45,159 nucleotides of DNA from Candidatus Zixiibacteriota bacterium. GTDB taxonomy: Bacteria; Zixibacteria; MSB-5A5; WJJR01. The notes beneath the pieces were generated by a model, which made no database searches, was not told where the DNA came from, and worked only from the letters and a program-made list of their open reading frames with translations. The position numbers and the translations under genes were made by a program. Numbering within the stretch: position 1 is the first letter of the stretch; each line of letters opens with the position of its first letter. Below, one piece after another: positions 34,001 to 43,367 of the stretch. The stretch spans positions 1-45,159 of the forward strand of contig JAVHPP010000072.1 in NCBI GenBank assembly GCA_036170655.1. The letters are read 5' to 3'.

Positions 34001-35106
34001 GACGCCCTCTCGTCAGCCGCCGACCCAGTTGTCGCAGTGGCGATAGTCTTTCCGCGCAAACGATAGACGTAGGCCAGCACTTCGGCAGCCGCCTTGTACA
34101 GCTCGGCCGGAACGGTGGAGCCAACCTCAACGGAGGCATAGAGGGCACGCGCCAGCGGCTTGTTCTCGACAATCGGGACACCGGCGGAGCGCGCGATATC
34201 CCTGATCCGTTCGGCGAGGAGGCGCGCCCCCTTGGCAACCACGGTCGGCGCACTCATCGTCTCGGAATCGTATTTCAGCGCGACGGCGAGCGCGGTGGGG
34301 TTTGTCACCACCACATCGGCGTGCGGGATTTCTTTGGTCATGCGCATCCTTGCCATTTCACGCTGGACCTGGCGGATGCGCGAACGCATCAGGGGCGATC
34401 CTTCATAGAGTTTGTACTCTTCCCTGACTTCCTGCTTGGTCATGCGGATCGAGCGCTCAAAGTCCCATCGCTGAAAAGCATAGTCGAAGAGCGCGATGAT
34501 CAGCAGGGCCAGGACGACCTTGATGGAGACCCGGAACATGGACCACGCAGTGACGCTGAGGATTTCCATCGTGTCGGCATCGGACAGCCCCATCAGCCGG
34601 TCCAGTTCGGCTTTCAGCGCGTACCAAGCCACGACGCCGATGATGGTGAGTTTGAGCAGATCGCGGACGAGCTCGACCGCGGAGCGGCGGGAGATCAAAC
34701 GCTGCAGTCCGCGGACGAGGTTGAGTTTGTCCAGTTTCGGTTCGAGGACCTCAGCCGATGCGCCAAAGCCAACTTGCGCAACATTGATGAAGATGCCGAC
34801 GATCATCAGCGTGACAAACAGAGGAGCGAGAATGAGCAGTGTTCTCAGGGTGACATTCAGTAACAGCCGGGAGTAGCTCTCCACATCGCCGGGCGCGGCC
34901 GACAAACCGGACAACATCTCCTGCATCAGGCCAGCAACCTGGCGGAACATCACGGGCCCACTGAACAGGAGGAAGAGCAGTCCGAAAAACAGGATCGCGA
35001 ACGAATTGAGCTCCATCGACCGCGCGACCTGACCCTTCTTGCGGGCGTCTTCCCGGCGTCGCGGAGACGCGGGTTCGGTCTTTTCCTGAAAGGATTCTTC
35101 TGCCAT
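33997..35106 (-). CDS. flhB: Flagellar export protein FlhB
   Basis: EKTEPASPRRREDARKKGQV, MTKQEVREE, EGSP, VVTNPTALAVAL, VENKPLARALY. Confidence 0.97.
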   Translation of the reverse strand: MAEESFQEKTEPASPRRREDARKKGQVARSMELNSFAILFFGLLFLLFSGPVMFRQVAGLMQEMLSGLSAAPGDVESYSRLLLNVTLRTLLILAPLFVTLMIVGIFINVAQVGFGASAEVLEPKLDKLNLVRGLQRLISRRSAVELVRDLLKLTIIGVVAWYALKAELDRLMGLSDADTMEILSVTAWSMFRVSIKVVLALLIIALFDYAFQRWDFERSIRMTKQEVREEYKLYEGSPLMRSRIRQVQREMARMRMTKEIPHADVVVTNPTALAVALKYDSETMSAPTVVAKGARLLAERIRDIARSAGVPIVENKPLARALYASVEVGSTVPAELYKAAAEVLAYVYRLRGKTIATATTGSAADERAS

Positions 35107-35124
35107 GAGATTGCGTGATTCAGG

Positions 35125-35913
35125 TCAGGTGTGCGCCAGCGCCGCGACAATTCTCTGGGTGTCGATCTGGATCTGTCCCAGTGTCCGAGTAAACAGTTGT
35201 GCGAGAAAAGGCAGCGAAGCCGCCAGAAACAGGAAACCGATCCCGATCTTCAGAGGAAAACCAACAATGAAGATGTTCATCTGGGGAACGGTGCGGGCGA
35301 CAATGCCCATCACGACGTCGGTCAAGAGCAGCGTGACAATAACCGGAGCGCCGATCTTGATGGCGGACACGAAGGTGGCCCCCGAAAGGCGAATGATCAG
35401 ATCGAGCGCATTGCCACCGGGGAGGCCGCTACCCACGGGGACGACACGGTAGGTGTCAACCAGAGCGGCGATCATCAGATGATGCCCATCGATGACCAGG
35501 AGGATGAGCATCGCGATGAGGTATTTGAACTCGCCAATCAGAGAGACCTGTTCGGTCGAATTGGGATCAATGACGTTGACAATGGAAAATCCCATCTGCA
35601 AACCGATCAAATCGCCAGCCATGCGGACGGCCCAGAAGAGTGTCGCGAAACAGAAACCCACCAAGGCGCCGATCATGACTTCGCGCATTGCCCAGCCAGC
35701 GGCTGTCCAGAGGGAATTGGGCGCGACGGGACCCAGGCCGAGAACGACCGGACCCACCGAGAAGGCGAGGGCCAGAACGATGGGTACTTTCACGGCGTTG
35801 GGGATGATCCGATATCCCCAGAAGGGAGCAGCGACGAAGAAACCGCTGATGCGGAACAGCGACCACATGATCGACCAGATCCAATCGATGCTGAAGGGCG
35901 GGGCTGTGGTCAT
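35125..35913 (-). CDS. fliR: Flagellar export protein FliR
   Basis: RISGFFVAAP, AGDLIGLQMGF, DGHHLMI, RTVPQMNIFIVGFPLKI. Confidence 0.95.
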   Translation of the reverse strand: MTTAPPFSIDWIWSIMWSLFRISGFFVAAPFWGYRIIPNAVKVPIVLALAFSVGPVVLGLGPVAPNSLWTAAGWAMREVMIGALVGFCFATLFWAVRMAGDLIGLQMGFSIVNVIDPNSTEQVSLIGEFKYLIAMLILLVIDGHHLMIAALVDTYRVVPVGSGLPGGNALDLIIRLSGATFVSAIKIGAPVIVTLLLTDVVMGIVARTVPQMNIFIVGFPLKIGIGFLFLAASLPFLAQLFTRTLGQIQIDTQRIVAALAHT

Positions 35914-35968
35914 GGCGCTCACTCGGGTCTCGCAACGGACGCAGATCGCCCGTTTCGTCAAGACCTTT

Positions 35969-35984
35969 AGCAAGGCCGGTGCCG
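35969..35984 (-). promoter_or_regulatory. sigma54 promoter upstream of fliR
   Basis: CGGCAC-CGGCC-TTGCT. An IHF-like TATCAAcaacGTA lies at 36003-36015 and the palindrome CGGAAA-tac-TTTCCG at 36072-36086. Confidence 0.7.
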
Positions 35985-36143
35985 TGGTCAGTGGGGATAT
36001 CTTACGTTGTTGATAATGAAGAGGTTAAGCCACGATAGCGGAGAACGGTGGTTTTTGGTCTGGCTGGCAAACGGAAATACTTTCCGGGTCACAGTGGCAG
36101 CAGATGATCATTCATGGTGAACCAACCGGACGAGATCGCCGGA

Positions 36144-36413
36144 TCAGCCTGTCAGCATCGGGATATTGGTGAAGAGACGGGTCGTGAATCCAACCAGCAT
36201 GTTGATGATCCAGGGAAGGAATATCAGGAATGCCAGGGCGACGACCACGATCTTCGGAACAAAAGTCAGCGTCATTTCCTGAATCTGGGTCACGGCCTGG
36301 ATAATGGAGATAGCGACACCAACCACCAGACCCAGAATCAACATGGGAGCCGCCACCAGAAGAGTCAGGGTGATGGCTTCGCGTCCCAACCCGAGAACGA
36401 ATTCTGTCGTCAT
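36144..36413 (-). CDS. fliQ: Flagellar export protein FliQ
   Basis: QAVTQIQEMTLTFVPKI, PW motif; 89 aa. Confidence 0.96.
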   Translation of the reverse strand: MTTEFVLGLGREAITLTLLVAAPMLILGLVVGVAISIIQAVTQIQEMTLTFVPKIVVVALAFLIFLPWIINMLVGFTTRLFTNIPMLTG

Positions 36414-36441
36414 GTGGTCTCCACCCTGCCGACTCAGCACC

Positions 36442-37194
36442 TCAGTGAAACGATGTGACCAGCGATTGCACGACCAGGTACCAGCCATCGACCAGGACGA
36501 ACAGCAGAATCTTGAACGGCATGGCCACCATGATCGGCGGCAGCATCAGCATACCCATCGACATGAGCACGGACGCCACCACCATGTCGATGATGAGAAA
36601 CGGAATGAACAGAACAAATCCGATCTGGAACCCGACGCGCAGTTCCGAGATCATGAAACCCGGAACGAGGGCGCGCAACGGGACATCGGCCGGGGTCGCC
36701 GGCTTCGGGATGCCGGCCAGGTCAACAAACAAGGCGAGGTCCTTTTCGCGGGTCTGGCGGAGCATGAACTCCCGGAGCGGGGCCATGGTCTTCTGGATCG
36801 CCAATGTGCGATCAATCGTTCCGTCGGTGTAGGGTTTGATACCCTGCTCGTATGCCGTGGTGAACACCGGCGACATAATGAAAAACGTGAGAATCAGCGC
36901 CAGCGCGATCATCAATTGCGACGGCGGCATCTGCTGGGTGCCCATCGCATGCTTGAGAAAGGAGAGCACGACGATGATGCGTGTAAACGCCGTCATAGTG
37001 ATGACAATCGACGGCGCCAGCGAGAGGACCGTCAGCACGAGCACGATTTGCAGCGTGGTGGAGAGGTCGGCGGGATTATCGCTTTTCTCCACACCGATGG
37101 AGATCTTGGGCAGGGTCTGCGCGCCGGCGAAATCCGGACGCCACAACAGAAACACCAGGGACGCAATGATTGTCAGGAGTACGAGTTTACGCAT
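36442..37194 (-). CDS. fliP: Flagellar export protein FliP
   Basis: LTVLSLAPSI, FTRIIVVLS, GTQQMPP, SMGMLMLPP, PFKILLFVLVDGW. Confidence 0.97.
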   Translation of the reverse strand: MRKLVLLTIIASLVFLLWRPDFAGAQTLPKISIGVEKSDNPADLSTTLQIVLVLTVLSLAPSIVITMTAFTRIIVVLSFLKHAMGTQQMPPSQLMIALALILTFFIMSPVFTTAYEQGIKPYTDGTIDRTLAIQKTMAPLREFMLRQTREKDLALFVDLAGIPKPATPADVPLRALVPGFMISELRVGFQIGFVLFIPFLIIDMVVASVLMSMGMLMLPPIMVAMPFKILLFVLVDGWYLVVQSLVTSFH

Positions 37195-37219
37195 GAACCA
37201 CACCAGGAATGCCGGCGAG

Positions 37220-37783
37220 TCAGCCCTGCGGCAGGGTGTCCACATTCTGCACCCGCGCCGCTTGGAAGAGCTCGCGCATTTTCGTTCGTGCCTGACGCAG
37301 CAGATCGCGTTCGCGGCGGTCATTCGGCTCCACCACCCGGCGTGCGCCGAGGTTGGTACCGGCGACGGCGGGCATATTCCCCTGCTCCAGTTCGGTCAGC
37401 ATCGAAATGCGATCCTCGGTCACTCCCAGAACCAGCAAGCGGTTGCCGATGGAAACGATCTCGATTGATTTTTTCGGCGCCAGAAAGAGCCGTTCGACGA
37501 CATGCGCGTCTGATTGTCCGCCTTTGGCGACACGTCCCTTCAGGAAACGCCGGGCCACCCACATCGTGGCCCAGATCAGCGCGATTACCAGAACCAGTGT
37601 CAAAGCGAGGCGACCGAGCGAGGGTACGAGATCACCGGAGCCGAACGAGGTCAGAGAGGGCCGACTACTGGTGACCGGCGCTGGCGGTCCCTGCAACTGG
37701 GCAAACCCCGGCGCCGCAAGATATACGATGATTGATGTAGTGAGAGTGACTCGTCTGATCGATGTGAGCATATTAGACACCAT
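37220..37783 (-). CDS. fliO: Flagellar protein FliO/FliZ
   Basis: TM helix then VVERLFLAPKKSIEIVSIGNRLLVLGVT; between fliN and fliP; start uncertain. Confidence 0.85.
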   Translation of the reverse strand: MVSNMLTSIRRVTLTTSIIVYLAAPGFAQLQGPPAPVTSSRPSLTSFGSGDLVPSLGRLALTLVLVIALIWATMWVARRFLKGRVAKGGQSDAHVVERLFLAPKKSIEIVSIGNRLLVLGVTEDRISMLTELEQGNMPAVAGTNLGARRVVEPNDRRERDLLRQARTKMRELFQAARVQNVDTLPQG

Positions 37784-37886
37784 CCATGTGTTCAGGAGAC
37801 CGCAGGCGGAACCCAATCGGCCATGCGTTCTCGGTGCAGTGGGAATCCCCCGGCACTCAGTGGACCATTCCGAAGTTTCGTATCGA

Positions 37887-38456
37887 CTACAGGCTTTCGA
37901 TCCTTTCCTTGGTGGAGACGAGACTGGTAATGCGCAAACCGAAGTTTTCGTCAACAACGACAACTTCGCCTCTGGCCACGAGCCTGTTATTCACCATGAG
38001 ATTCACCGGTTCACCGGCGAGTTTGTCGAGTTCGACGATCGATCCCTGCGTCCAGTTGAGGATATCGGAAATGGGCAGCGTCGTGCGCCCCAGTTCGATG
38101 GAAACGGGCAGATTCACATCCAGCAAGAGGTCAATGTTACTGGATCCCTTGGCGACTAGACCGGGGACGAGTTGCGGGAATTCGGCGGGATGAGCCACAG
38201 CCTGCTCTTCCGCTGCCGCCGACTGAAGAAAGTCCATCGAGGGTTCTTTAATCGTCACCACTTCGGCATCGGCCGGCGCATCACCACCGCCGGCGGTGGG
38301 TGGGGTATCCGCGAGAACGTCCGCGACGGCATCGGTTCCCAGCGCCTTGATGGCATCCGGAACTGGATCGGGCGAATCGGCTTGAGCGCTTAGTTCCGGC
38401 GCGGCGTCTGGTGGCGTATCCGACGTCTGGTCGCGTTCTTCGTTCTGGTCAGTCAT
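37887..38456 (-). CDS. fliN: Motor switch protein FliN
   Basis: NIDLLLDVNLPVSIELGRT, GSIVELDKLAGEPV, ARGEVVVVDENFGLRI. Confidence 0.95.
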   Translation of the reverse strand: MTDQNEERDQTSDTPPDAAPELSAQADSPDPVPDAIKALGTDAVADVLADTPPTAGGGDAPADAEVVTIKEPSMDFLQSAAAEEQAVAHPAEFPQLVPGLVAKGSSNIDLLLDVNLPVSIELGRTTLPISDILNWTQGSIVELDKLAGEPVNLMVNNRLVARGEVVVVDENFGLRITSLVSTKERIESL

Positions 38457-38494
38457 GCTTCTTCCCCGTTTGGTCCGCCGGAGCGGACCGGGCC

Positions 38495-39481
38495 TCAGGA
38501 CTCATTTTCTTTCTGTATCGTGAGAATTTCAACGGCGCGATGCTTTCCGCGCATTCCGGGACGTGCCAGGAACCTCGGGACACCGCCAACGAGAATCCGT
38601 GCTGGCTCTGCGGTCCGGGTCTCCGTGATGAGCACATCCCCGGTGTTGATGCCGAGAAATGCGCGGACCGTGATATCGGTATCGGCAAGGATGGCCACGA
38701 CTCCGGTTTCGACGGACTGGAGATTCTCCCGTAGGACCTGCCGGTTGGCCGCGCTGGAGCTGATTCGGGTGGGATCAAGCCAGTTTTGACCCGACAGCTT
38801 GTCGATGATCGACTCGAGGGTGATGTAGGGATAACAAAGTTTGAAGATCCCCACCGCTTCGGGCATGTTCAACTGCAGAGTGGTGACGATGACGGTCTCA
38901 CCCGGCGGCACGATCTGGATGAACTGGGGCGTGGTTTCGAAACCGGCGGTCTTGATCTCGACTTCGAGGATGCGGCCCCATGCCGTCGCCAGTTCCCGCC
39001 AGGCACGGACGATGATCTTGTCCATGATGCTAAGCTCGATACCGGTGAGCTCCCGGTTCACATCCATCGACTTGCCCCGTCCCCCGAACATGCGATCGAC
39101 AAATCCAAAAGCCAGGCTCGGGCTGATGTCAGCCACACACAGCCCTTCGAGCGGGGTGATCGAAAACGTGTATGTGCATGAGGGTGAGGCGAGAGACGTA
39201 AAGAACTCGGAGTACGTGATCTGGTCAACGCTCACGAGATCGACATCGATCACGGCACGCAGGATTCCCGACAACGCCGATCCCAGATGACCCGCGAAGT
39301 TGTCGTGGATGTTTTCCAGCGTGCGGATTTGATCCTTGGAGATGCGGTTCGGGTGCTTGAAATCGTAGACCGCCACCTCTTTGCGTTTGAGTTCCGTGCT
39401 GGGGGCCGCCGCATCACTCTCCGGCACGGCCACGGTCGACAGCAGGGCGTCAATCTCTTCTTGTGACAGGAATTTCGCCAT
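38495..39481 (-). CDS. fliM: Motor switch protein FliM
   Basis: LSQEEIDALL CheY-binding motif, YDFKHPNRISKDQIR, RELTGIE, ETTPQFIQIV. Confidence 0.97.
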   Translation of the reverse strand: MAKFLSQEEIDALLSTVAVPESDAAAPSTELKRKEVAVYDFKHPNRISKDQIRTLENIHDNFAGHLGSALSGILRAVIDVDLVSVDQITYSEFFTSLASPSCTYTFSITPLEGLCVADISPSLAFGFVDRMFGGRGKSMDVNRELTGIELSIMDKIIVRAWRELATAWGRILEVEIKTAGFETTPQFIQIVPPGETVIVTTLQLNMPEAVGIFKLCYPYITLESIIDKLSGQNWLDPTRISSSAANRQVLRENLQSVETGVVAILADTDITVRAFLGINTGDVLITETRTAEPARILVGGVPRFLARPGMRGKHRAVEILTIQKENES

Positions 39482-39487
39482 AGCCGG

Positions 39488-39964
39488 TTATTGCAGGACG
39501 TAGTCCACAAAGTAGACTGCCGACAACTGCTCTCCCCCCACCATCTGATTGAGCCGCTGGAGGATTTCGCGGCGCATCGATTCACGCGCAGCCGGATCAG
39601 TCAGTTGCTCAACTGTCCTGGTTGAAAGAATCTGGATCAGGAGATCACGCACTTGCAGATCGCGTGCCTTGAGTTTCTCCACGACGGTCGCCGTCTTGAC
39701 TTGCAGACCGAGGGAAGCGGAGAGGTACCGTGTTCCCGATGTCCCCTTGGGGTTGACCAGCAGGTTCGAGATCAGATAAACTTCGTCTTTGGCCTTGTCC
39801 TTGCCTTCGCCCTTGCTCTCCCCGGAATTGGCGTTCTCCCCCGACTCGTCCCCGGCCTGCACCGTCTTGGGGGCCAGCGCCGGCTTCAGAACCATCTTGG
39901 TCACAACAAACGCCGCGCCTGCCATGACCACAATAATGCCTGCAAGAATCAGAATGGATTTCAT
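39488..39964 (-). CDS. fliL: Flagellar basal body protein FliL
   Basis: N-terminal TM, LLVNP, RYL, VRDLLIQILS, VYFVDYVLQ. Confidence 0.92.
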   Translation of the reverse strand: MKSILILAGIIVVMAGAAFVVTKMVLKPALAPKTVQAGDESGENANSGESKGEGKDKAKDEVYLISNLLVNPKGTSGTRYLSASLGLQVKTATVVEKLKARDLQVRDLLIQILSTRTVEQLTDPAARESMRREILQRLNQMVGGEQLSAVYFVDYVLQ

Positions 39965-39990
39965 AGAACGTCCACGTTTTGCATGAAGTG

Positions 39991-40176
39991 TCACTCCACC
40001 CGGCACAGCCGTTTGTAGGCGGCGGCGCGGCGGATGACCTCGTCGTCTGATTCCTTCACCATGATCTTCTTGCCAGTGGTCAGACTGACAATCGTGTCCG
40101 GCGCCGACTCGATCAGTTCAATCAAGTCAACGTTGACGACGATGGTGTGACCGTTCAGTTGAGTCAGTTTAATCAT
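39991..40176 (-). CDS. flbD: Flagellar FlbD/SwrD-family protein
   Basis: MIKLTQLNGHTIVVNVDLIELIESAPDTIVSLTTGKKIMVKES. Confidence 0.93.
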   Translation of the reverse strand: MIKLTQLNGHTIVVNVDLIELIESAPDTIVSLTTGKKIMVKESDDEVIRRAAAYKRLCRVE

Positions 40177-40190
40177 GGCTGCCAAAGTGA

Positions 40191-40219
40191 GCCGTCACGG
40201 CCGTTCCGGCCGTGACGGC
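40191..40219. terminator. Perfect 13-bp hairpin after flgE (mRNA stabiliser or attenuator)
   Basis: gccgtcacggccg-ttc-cggccgtgacggc; only a short U-rich run follows on the minus strand. Confidence 0.5.
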
Positions 40220-40227
40220 CAAGTTGC

Positions 40228-42153
40228 CTACTGCTTCAGATTGACCAGTTCGTTCAGCATCTGGTCGGATGTCGAGATCACGCGCGCGTTGGCCTGGAAC
40301 CCGCGCTGCGAGATGATGACATTGGTGAATTCCTCCGCCAGATCGACATTCGACCCTTCGAGGGCCCCCGATGAGATGGTGGCATTGATGGTTGACTGAG
40401 CCGCTCCACGGACCGGATCACCGGAGTTGGCGGAGGCGGTATAAAGGGTATCGCCGGCCTTCATCAATCCACCCGGATTGTTGAAATCCGCGAGAATGAT
40501 GTGCGCCAGCGCCCGTGAGACACCGTTGGTGAAAATACCAGTGATTACACCACGATCATCAATGGATATTTTGTCCAGCATCCCCATGCCATAACCGTTC
40601 TGGTTCTTGGCGATGGCGGAGAAACTGGAGGCAAATCCGGTCAGGCCATCGAAACCGCCTCCGGTGCCCGGAAACAACTTCATGTCCATGATGCCGGCGC
40701 CGTTGTTCGGGTCGACCGACAATGAGCTGGACAGATCGTCAAACGTGAACGTGCTGAGCGAGCCATCGTTGTTGAAACTGATCATCCCGGCGTCGCCGCT
40801 CAGGGCGATTTCGTTCCCGGCCATGGTGGCTTTCCATTTCCAGGTATTCGGCGTCATCTGCTTGGTGAAGGTGAGCACCGCCGTGTGTTTGCCCCCCTGG
40901 GAATCATAGATCGAGATCGATGTTGCATGCTGCGTGTCTTTTGTCCTGATCACCGCCGTACCAGCTGCCAACTGCGACGACGAGATAATGTTCACGCCGC
41001 CTTTGCCAAGCCCGGTAATGCCGGTCACGAAGCCGGTGCTGGTGTTCAGGCTGACATCCAGATTGACCGCCGGCAGCGCGGAACCGCCGGTGGGCTGGAA
41101 CACGTCGGTGACCGCGAAGGTGTGCGCGGTGCCATTGTTGACGCTGAAGTTGGATCCGACGGCACTGCCCATGATCGTGTTGACGATGTCGCCGGCGACA
41201 GCATTATTCGTGGCGATATTATAGACGGCGCCGTTACCGGCGTAATTGCGGGTCAGACGAATCTGGCCGGAGCCGGAATCGAAGCTTGCGGCCACACCCT
41301 TGACCTTGTTGATCGCCGAGATTAGATCGGCAACGGTCGAGTTCAATGTCAGCCCGCTCACGGGAACTGCTGTGCCACCATCAACGGTGATGTTGAACCC
41401 GGCATCCAGACCGGCCTGCGTCACACCGAGTGAGCCGAGCGTGCCCGTCTCGGTCATGACCCCAACATGGGCGGTCAGACCGGTGGAATTGGTCGGCTGG
41501 GCACCGGTAATTGTGAGCGTGTGTGTCCCGCCGGCGCCATCGGCGGCGACGCCCGTCACGCTATCGATATTTGTTACACCCGCAGAGAAGAGCGCCGCAG
41601 ACGATGTTGTTGCGGTCGAATCGAGGTTGTTGGCCAGGAAGACCTGCGTCGTCGCCTTCGCCGGGTCCTGCTGTCCAAACGGGAGATTGATGTTGCCGAT
41701 GGCCGTCGTGGCCGGTACCGTCCCGTCGGTCGTCGCCATTTTGCCCTGCACGAAATAGCCGTTTGCCGGGTTGACGAGATTGGAGTTTGCGTCCAATCCG
41801 AAGGCGCCTGCCCGCGTGTAGTATTCCTGGCGTCCATCAGACAGGATGAAGAATCCCGACCCTTGCAGGGCGAGGTCGGTCAACTGGCCGGTCGTTTCCA
41901 GACCGCCTTGAGAGAACTTGTTGTCAACTGTGGCGACATTCATCCCCAGCCCGAGTTGCACCGGATTGGAACCACCCGAGGTCGCCGAGGGGCGGCCGGC
42001 GCCGCGAAGCGTCTGAACGAGCGCTTCACGGAAGGTGACACGGCCGGTTTTGAAGCCGATCGTGTTGATGTTGGCGATGTTGTCTCCCACCAGGTTCATG
42101 CGCACCATGTGATTGCGCAACCCGGAGACTCCCGCGAACAGCGAGGCCATCAT
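40228..42153 (-). CDS. flgE: Flagellar hook protein FlgE (long, 641 aa)
   Basis: SLFAGVSGL, GDNIANINTIGFK, YTRAGAF, IYDSQG, LEGSNVDLAEEFTNVIISQRGFQANAR. Confidence 0.97.
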   Translation of the reverse strand: MMASLFAGVSGLRNHMVRMNLVGDNIANINTIGFKTGRVTFREALVQTLRGAGRPSATSGGSNPVQLGLGMNVATVDNKFSQGGLETTGQLTDLALQGSGFFILSDGRQEYYTRAGAFGLDANSNLVNPANGYFVQGKMATTDGTVPATTAIGNINLPFGQQDPAKATTQVFLANNLDSTATTSSAALFSAGVTNIDSVTGVAADGAGGTHTLTITGAQPTNSTGLTAHVGVMTETGTLGSLGVTQAGLDAGFNITVDGGTAVPVSGLTLNSTVADLISAINKVKGVAASFDSGSGQIRLTRNYAGNGAVYNIATNNAVAGDIVNTIMGSAVGSNFSVNNGTAHTFAVTDVFQPTGGSALPAVNLDVSLNTSTGFVTGITGLGKGGVNIISSSQLAAGTAVIRTKDTQHATSISIYDSQGGKHTAVLTFTKQMTPNTWKWKATMAGNEIALSGDAGMISFNNDGSLSTFTFDDLSSSLSVDPNNGAGIMDMKLFPGTGGGFDGLTGFASSFSAIAKNQNGYGMGMLDKISIDDRGVITGIFTNGVSRALAHIILADFNNPGGLMKAGDTLYTASANSGDPVRGAAQSTINATISSGALEGSNVDLAEEFTNVIISQRGFQANARVISTSDQMLNELVNLKQ

Positions 42154-42647
42154 AGGGGTAATCCTCCGTTTTGGATCGCAGCTCCCCCGCTCGGGGTCCA
42201 GCCGATCGATCCGGGTGACAGGTTGATTGATTGATTGCTTTCGTCAGTTGGCAACGGCTTTGCAGACAACACAATCGCCGCGTCGATGTTGGTGAACACT
42301 CCGGCTTCAAGAGACTGACGGTCCAGCGCGGTCTTGACCGTGCGGTTCGACACCGACGCGATCACCGCCAGGTTATCGAGCAGGAACAACGCTTCGCGGG
42401 AGCCCTTCTGTTCCGCGAGGTCGAACGCCTCCTGCAATTGGCTGATGGTGGCTTCGTCGGGGATAACGCCGCGGCGGACCATCCGATCGGCCGCATGCGC
42501 GGACAACGCGATATGTTGTCCATTCAGCCGTTCGCGCAAGACACGCGCAAACTCACCGGATTGCGCCTTGGTCTGACCCGTTGGCGGCCGGGACTGGCCC
42601 TGCAGTGCCTGGGCCGCGGCGGTTCGTACAGATGAAACAAAGTTCAT
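42150..42647 (-). CDS. Flagellar operon protein (TIGR02530-type) with C-terminal extension
   Basis: LSAHAADRMVRRG, AEQKGSREAL, SVSNRTVKTA, VFTNIDAAI; between flgD and flgE. Confidence 0.85.
   Translation of the reverse strand: MNFVSSVRTAAAQALQGQSRPPTGQTKAQSGEFARVLRERLNGQHIALSAHAADRMVRRGVIPDEATISQLQEAFDLAEQKGSREALFLLDNLAVIASVSNRTVKTALDRQSLEAGVFTNIDAAIVLSAKPLPTDESNQSINLSPGSIGWTPSGGAAIQNGGLPL
42173..42212 (-). promoter_or_regulatory. Candidate cis-regulatory RNA hairpin upstream of the flgE RBS
   Basis: GGAUCG-AU-CGGCU-GGA-CCCC-GAGC-GGGG-G-AGCUG-CGAUCC nested stems, 5 nt before GGAGG. Confidence 0.5.
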
Positions 42648-42659
42648 CGTCCGGTTCCT

Positions 42660-43352
42660 CTATCCTTCCGCCGTGTGAATTTCGAGGACATCACTCAACG
42701 GAATCAGCACACTGCCGACCGTCAGCATGGCCTGACCGTCGATATAGCGGACGCCATCGACCGTTCCGTTAAAGTAGCCGCGCGCGTTGACGGGCTTACC
42801 TTCGGCATCTTCACCGGAGATCTTCAATGTGTAACGGCCCGGAGCCATTTGATTGCCGCTGGCGTCAAGCCCGTCCCATGTCGTTTGATTCGCGCCGGCC
42901 GAGGCACCATCGATGCGTAGGGCACGGACTAATGTTCCGTCCGCGTCGGCAATTTCGATCGTGACATTCTGTGCGGCCTTGTCGAGATCGAAATGAATGT
43001 CCGCCGGTTTGTTCTCCTGCAAAACGAGCGCGTTGGATTCCACGCGCACCGAGCGGCCGATCAGCGATGTCGCCATCGTGTTATTGATGGTCTGGGAGAG
43101 CAGAAGACTCCAGTTCAGCGACTTCTCCAGATTGCTGTTCATGTTCTGGAGCTCTTCCAACTGAGTGAACTGCGCCATCTGGGCGATGAACTGCTCGTCC
43201 TGCATGGGCGCCATCGGATCCTGGTTGGAGAGACGGGTGACGAAGAGACGCAGAAAGTCATTCTTCCCCAGCGTGGACTTGCTGGGAACCCGTTCCGACG
43301 CGGGAACGCTGGCGCCGGCATTGATCTCATTTACCCCTGCGGTCATTGGCAT
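42660..43352 (-). CDS. flgD: Hook capping protein FlgD
   Basis: LGKNDFLRLFVTRLSNQDPMAPM, FIAQMAQFTQLE, SLIGRSV, WDGLDASG. Confidence 0.96.
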   Translation of the reverse strand: MPMTAGVNEINAGASVPASERVPSKSTLGKNDFLRLFVTRLSNQDPMAPMQDEQFIAQMAQFTQLEELQNMNSNLEKSLNWSLLLSQTINNTMATSLIGRSVRVESNALVLQENKPADIHFDLDKAAQNVTIEIADADGTLVRALRIDGASAGANQTTWDGLDASGNQMAPGRYTLKISGEDAEGKPVNARGYFNGTVDGVRYIDGQAMLTVGSVLIPLSDVLEIHTAEG

Positions 43353-43367
43353 ATCAGCTCCTTGTTC

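Noticed and set aside
32558..37674. Long plus-strand ORFs (e.g. 32558..33691, 35131..35970, 36304..37674; also 10442..11386 and 17237..18283)
   Set aside because: Antisense shadows of well-conserved genes, expected in GC-rich DNA; no recognisable motifs.
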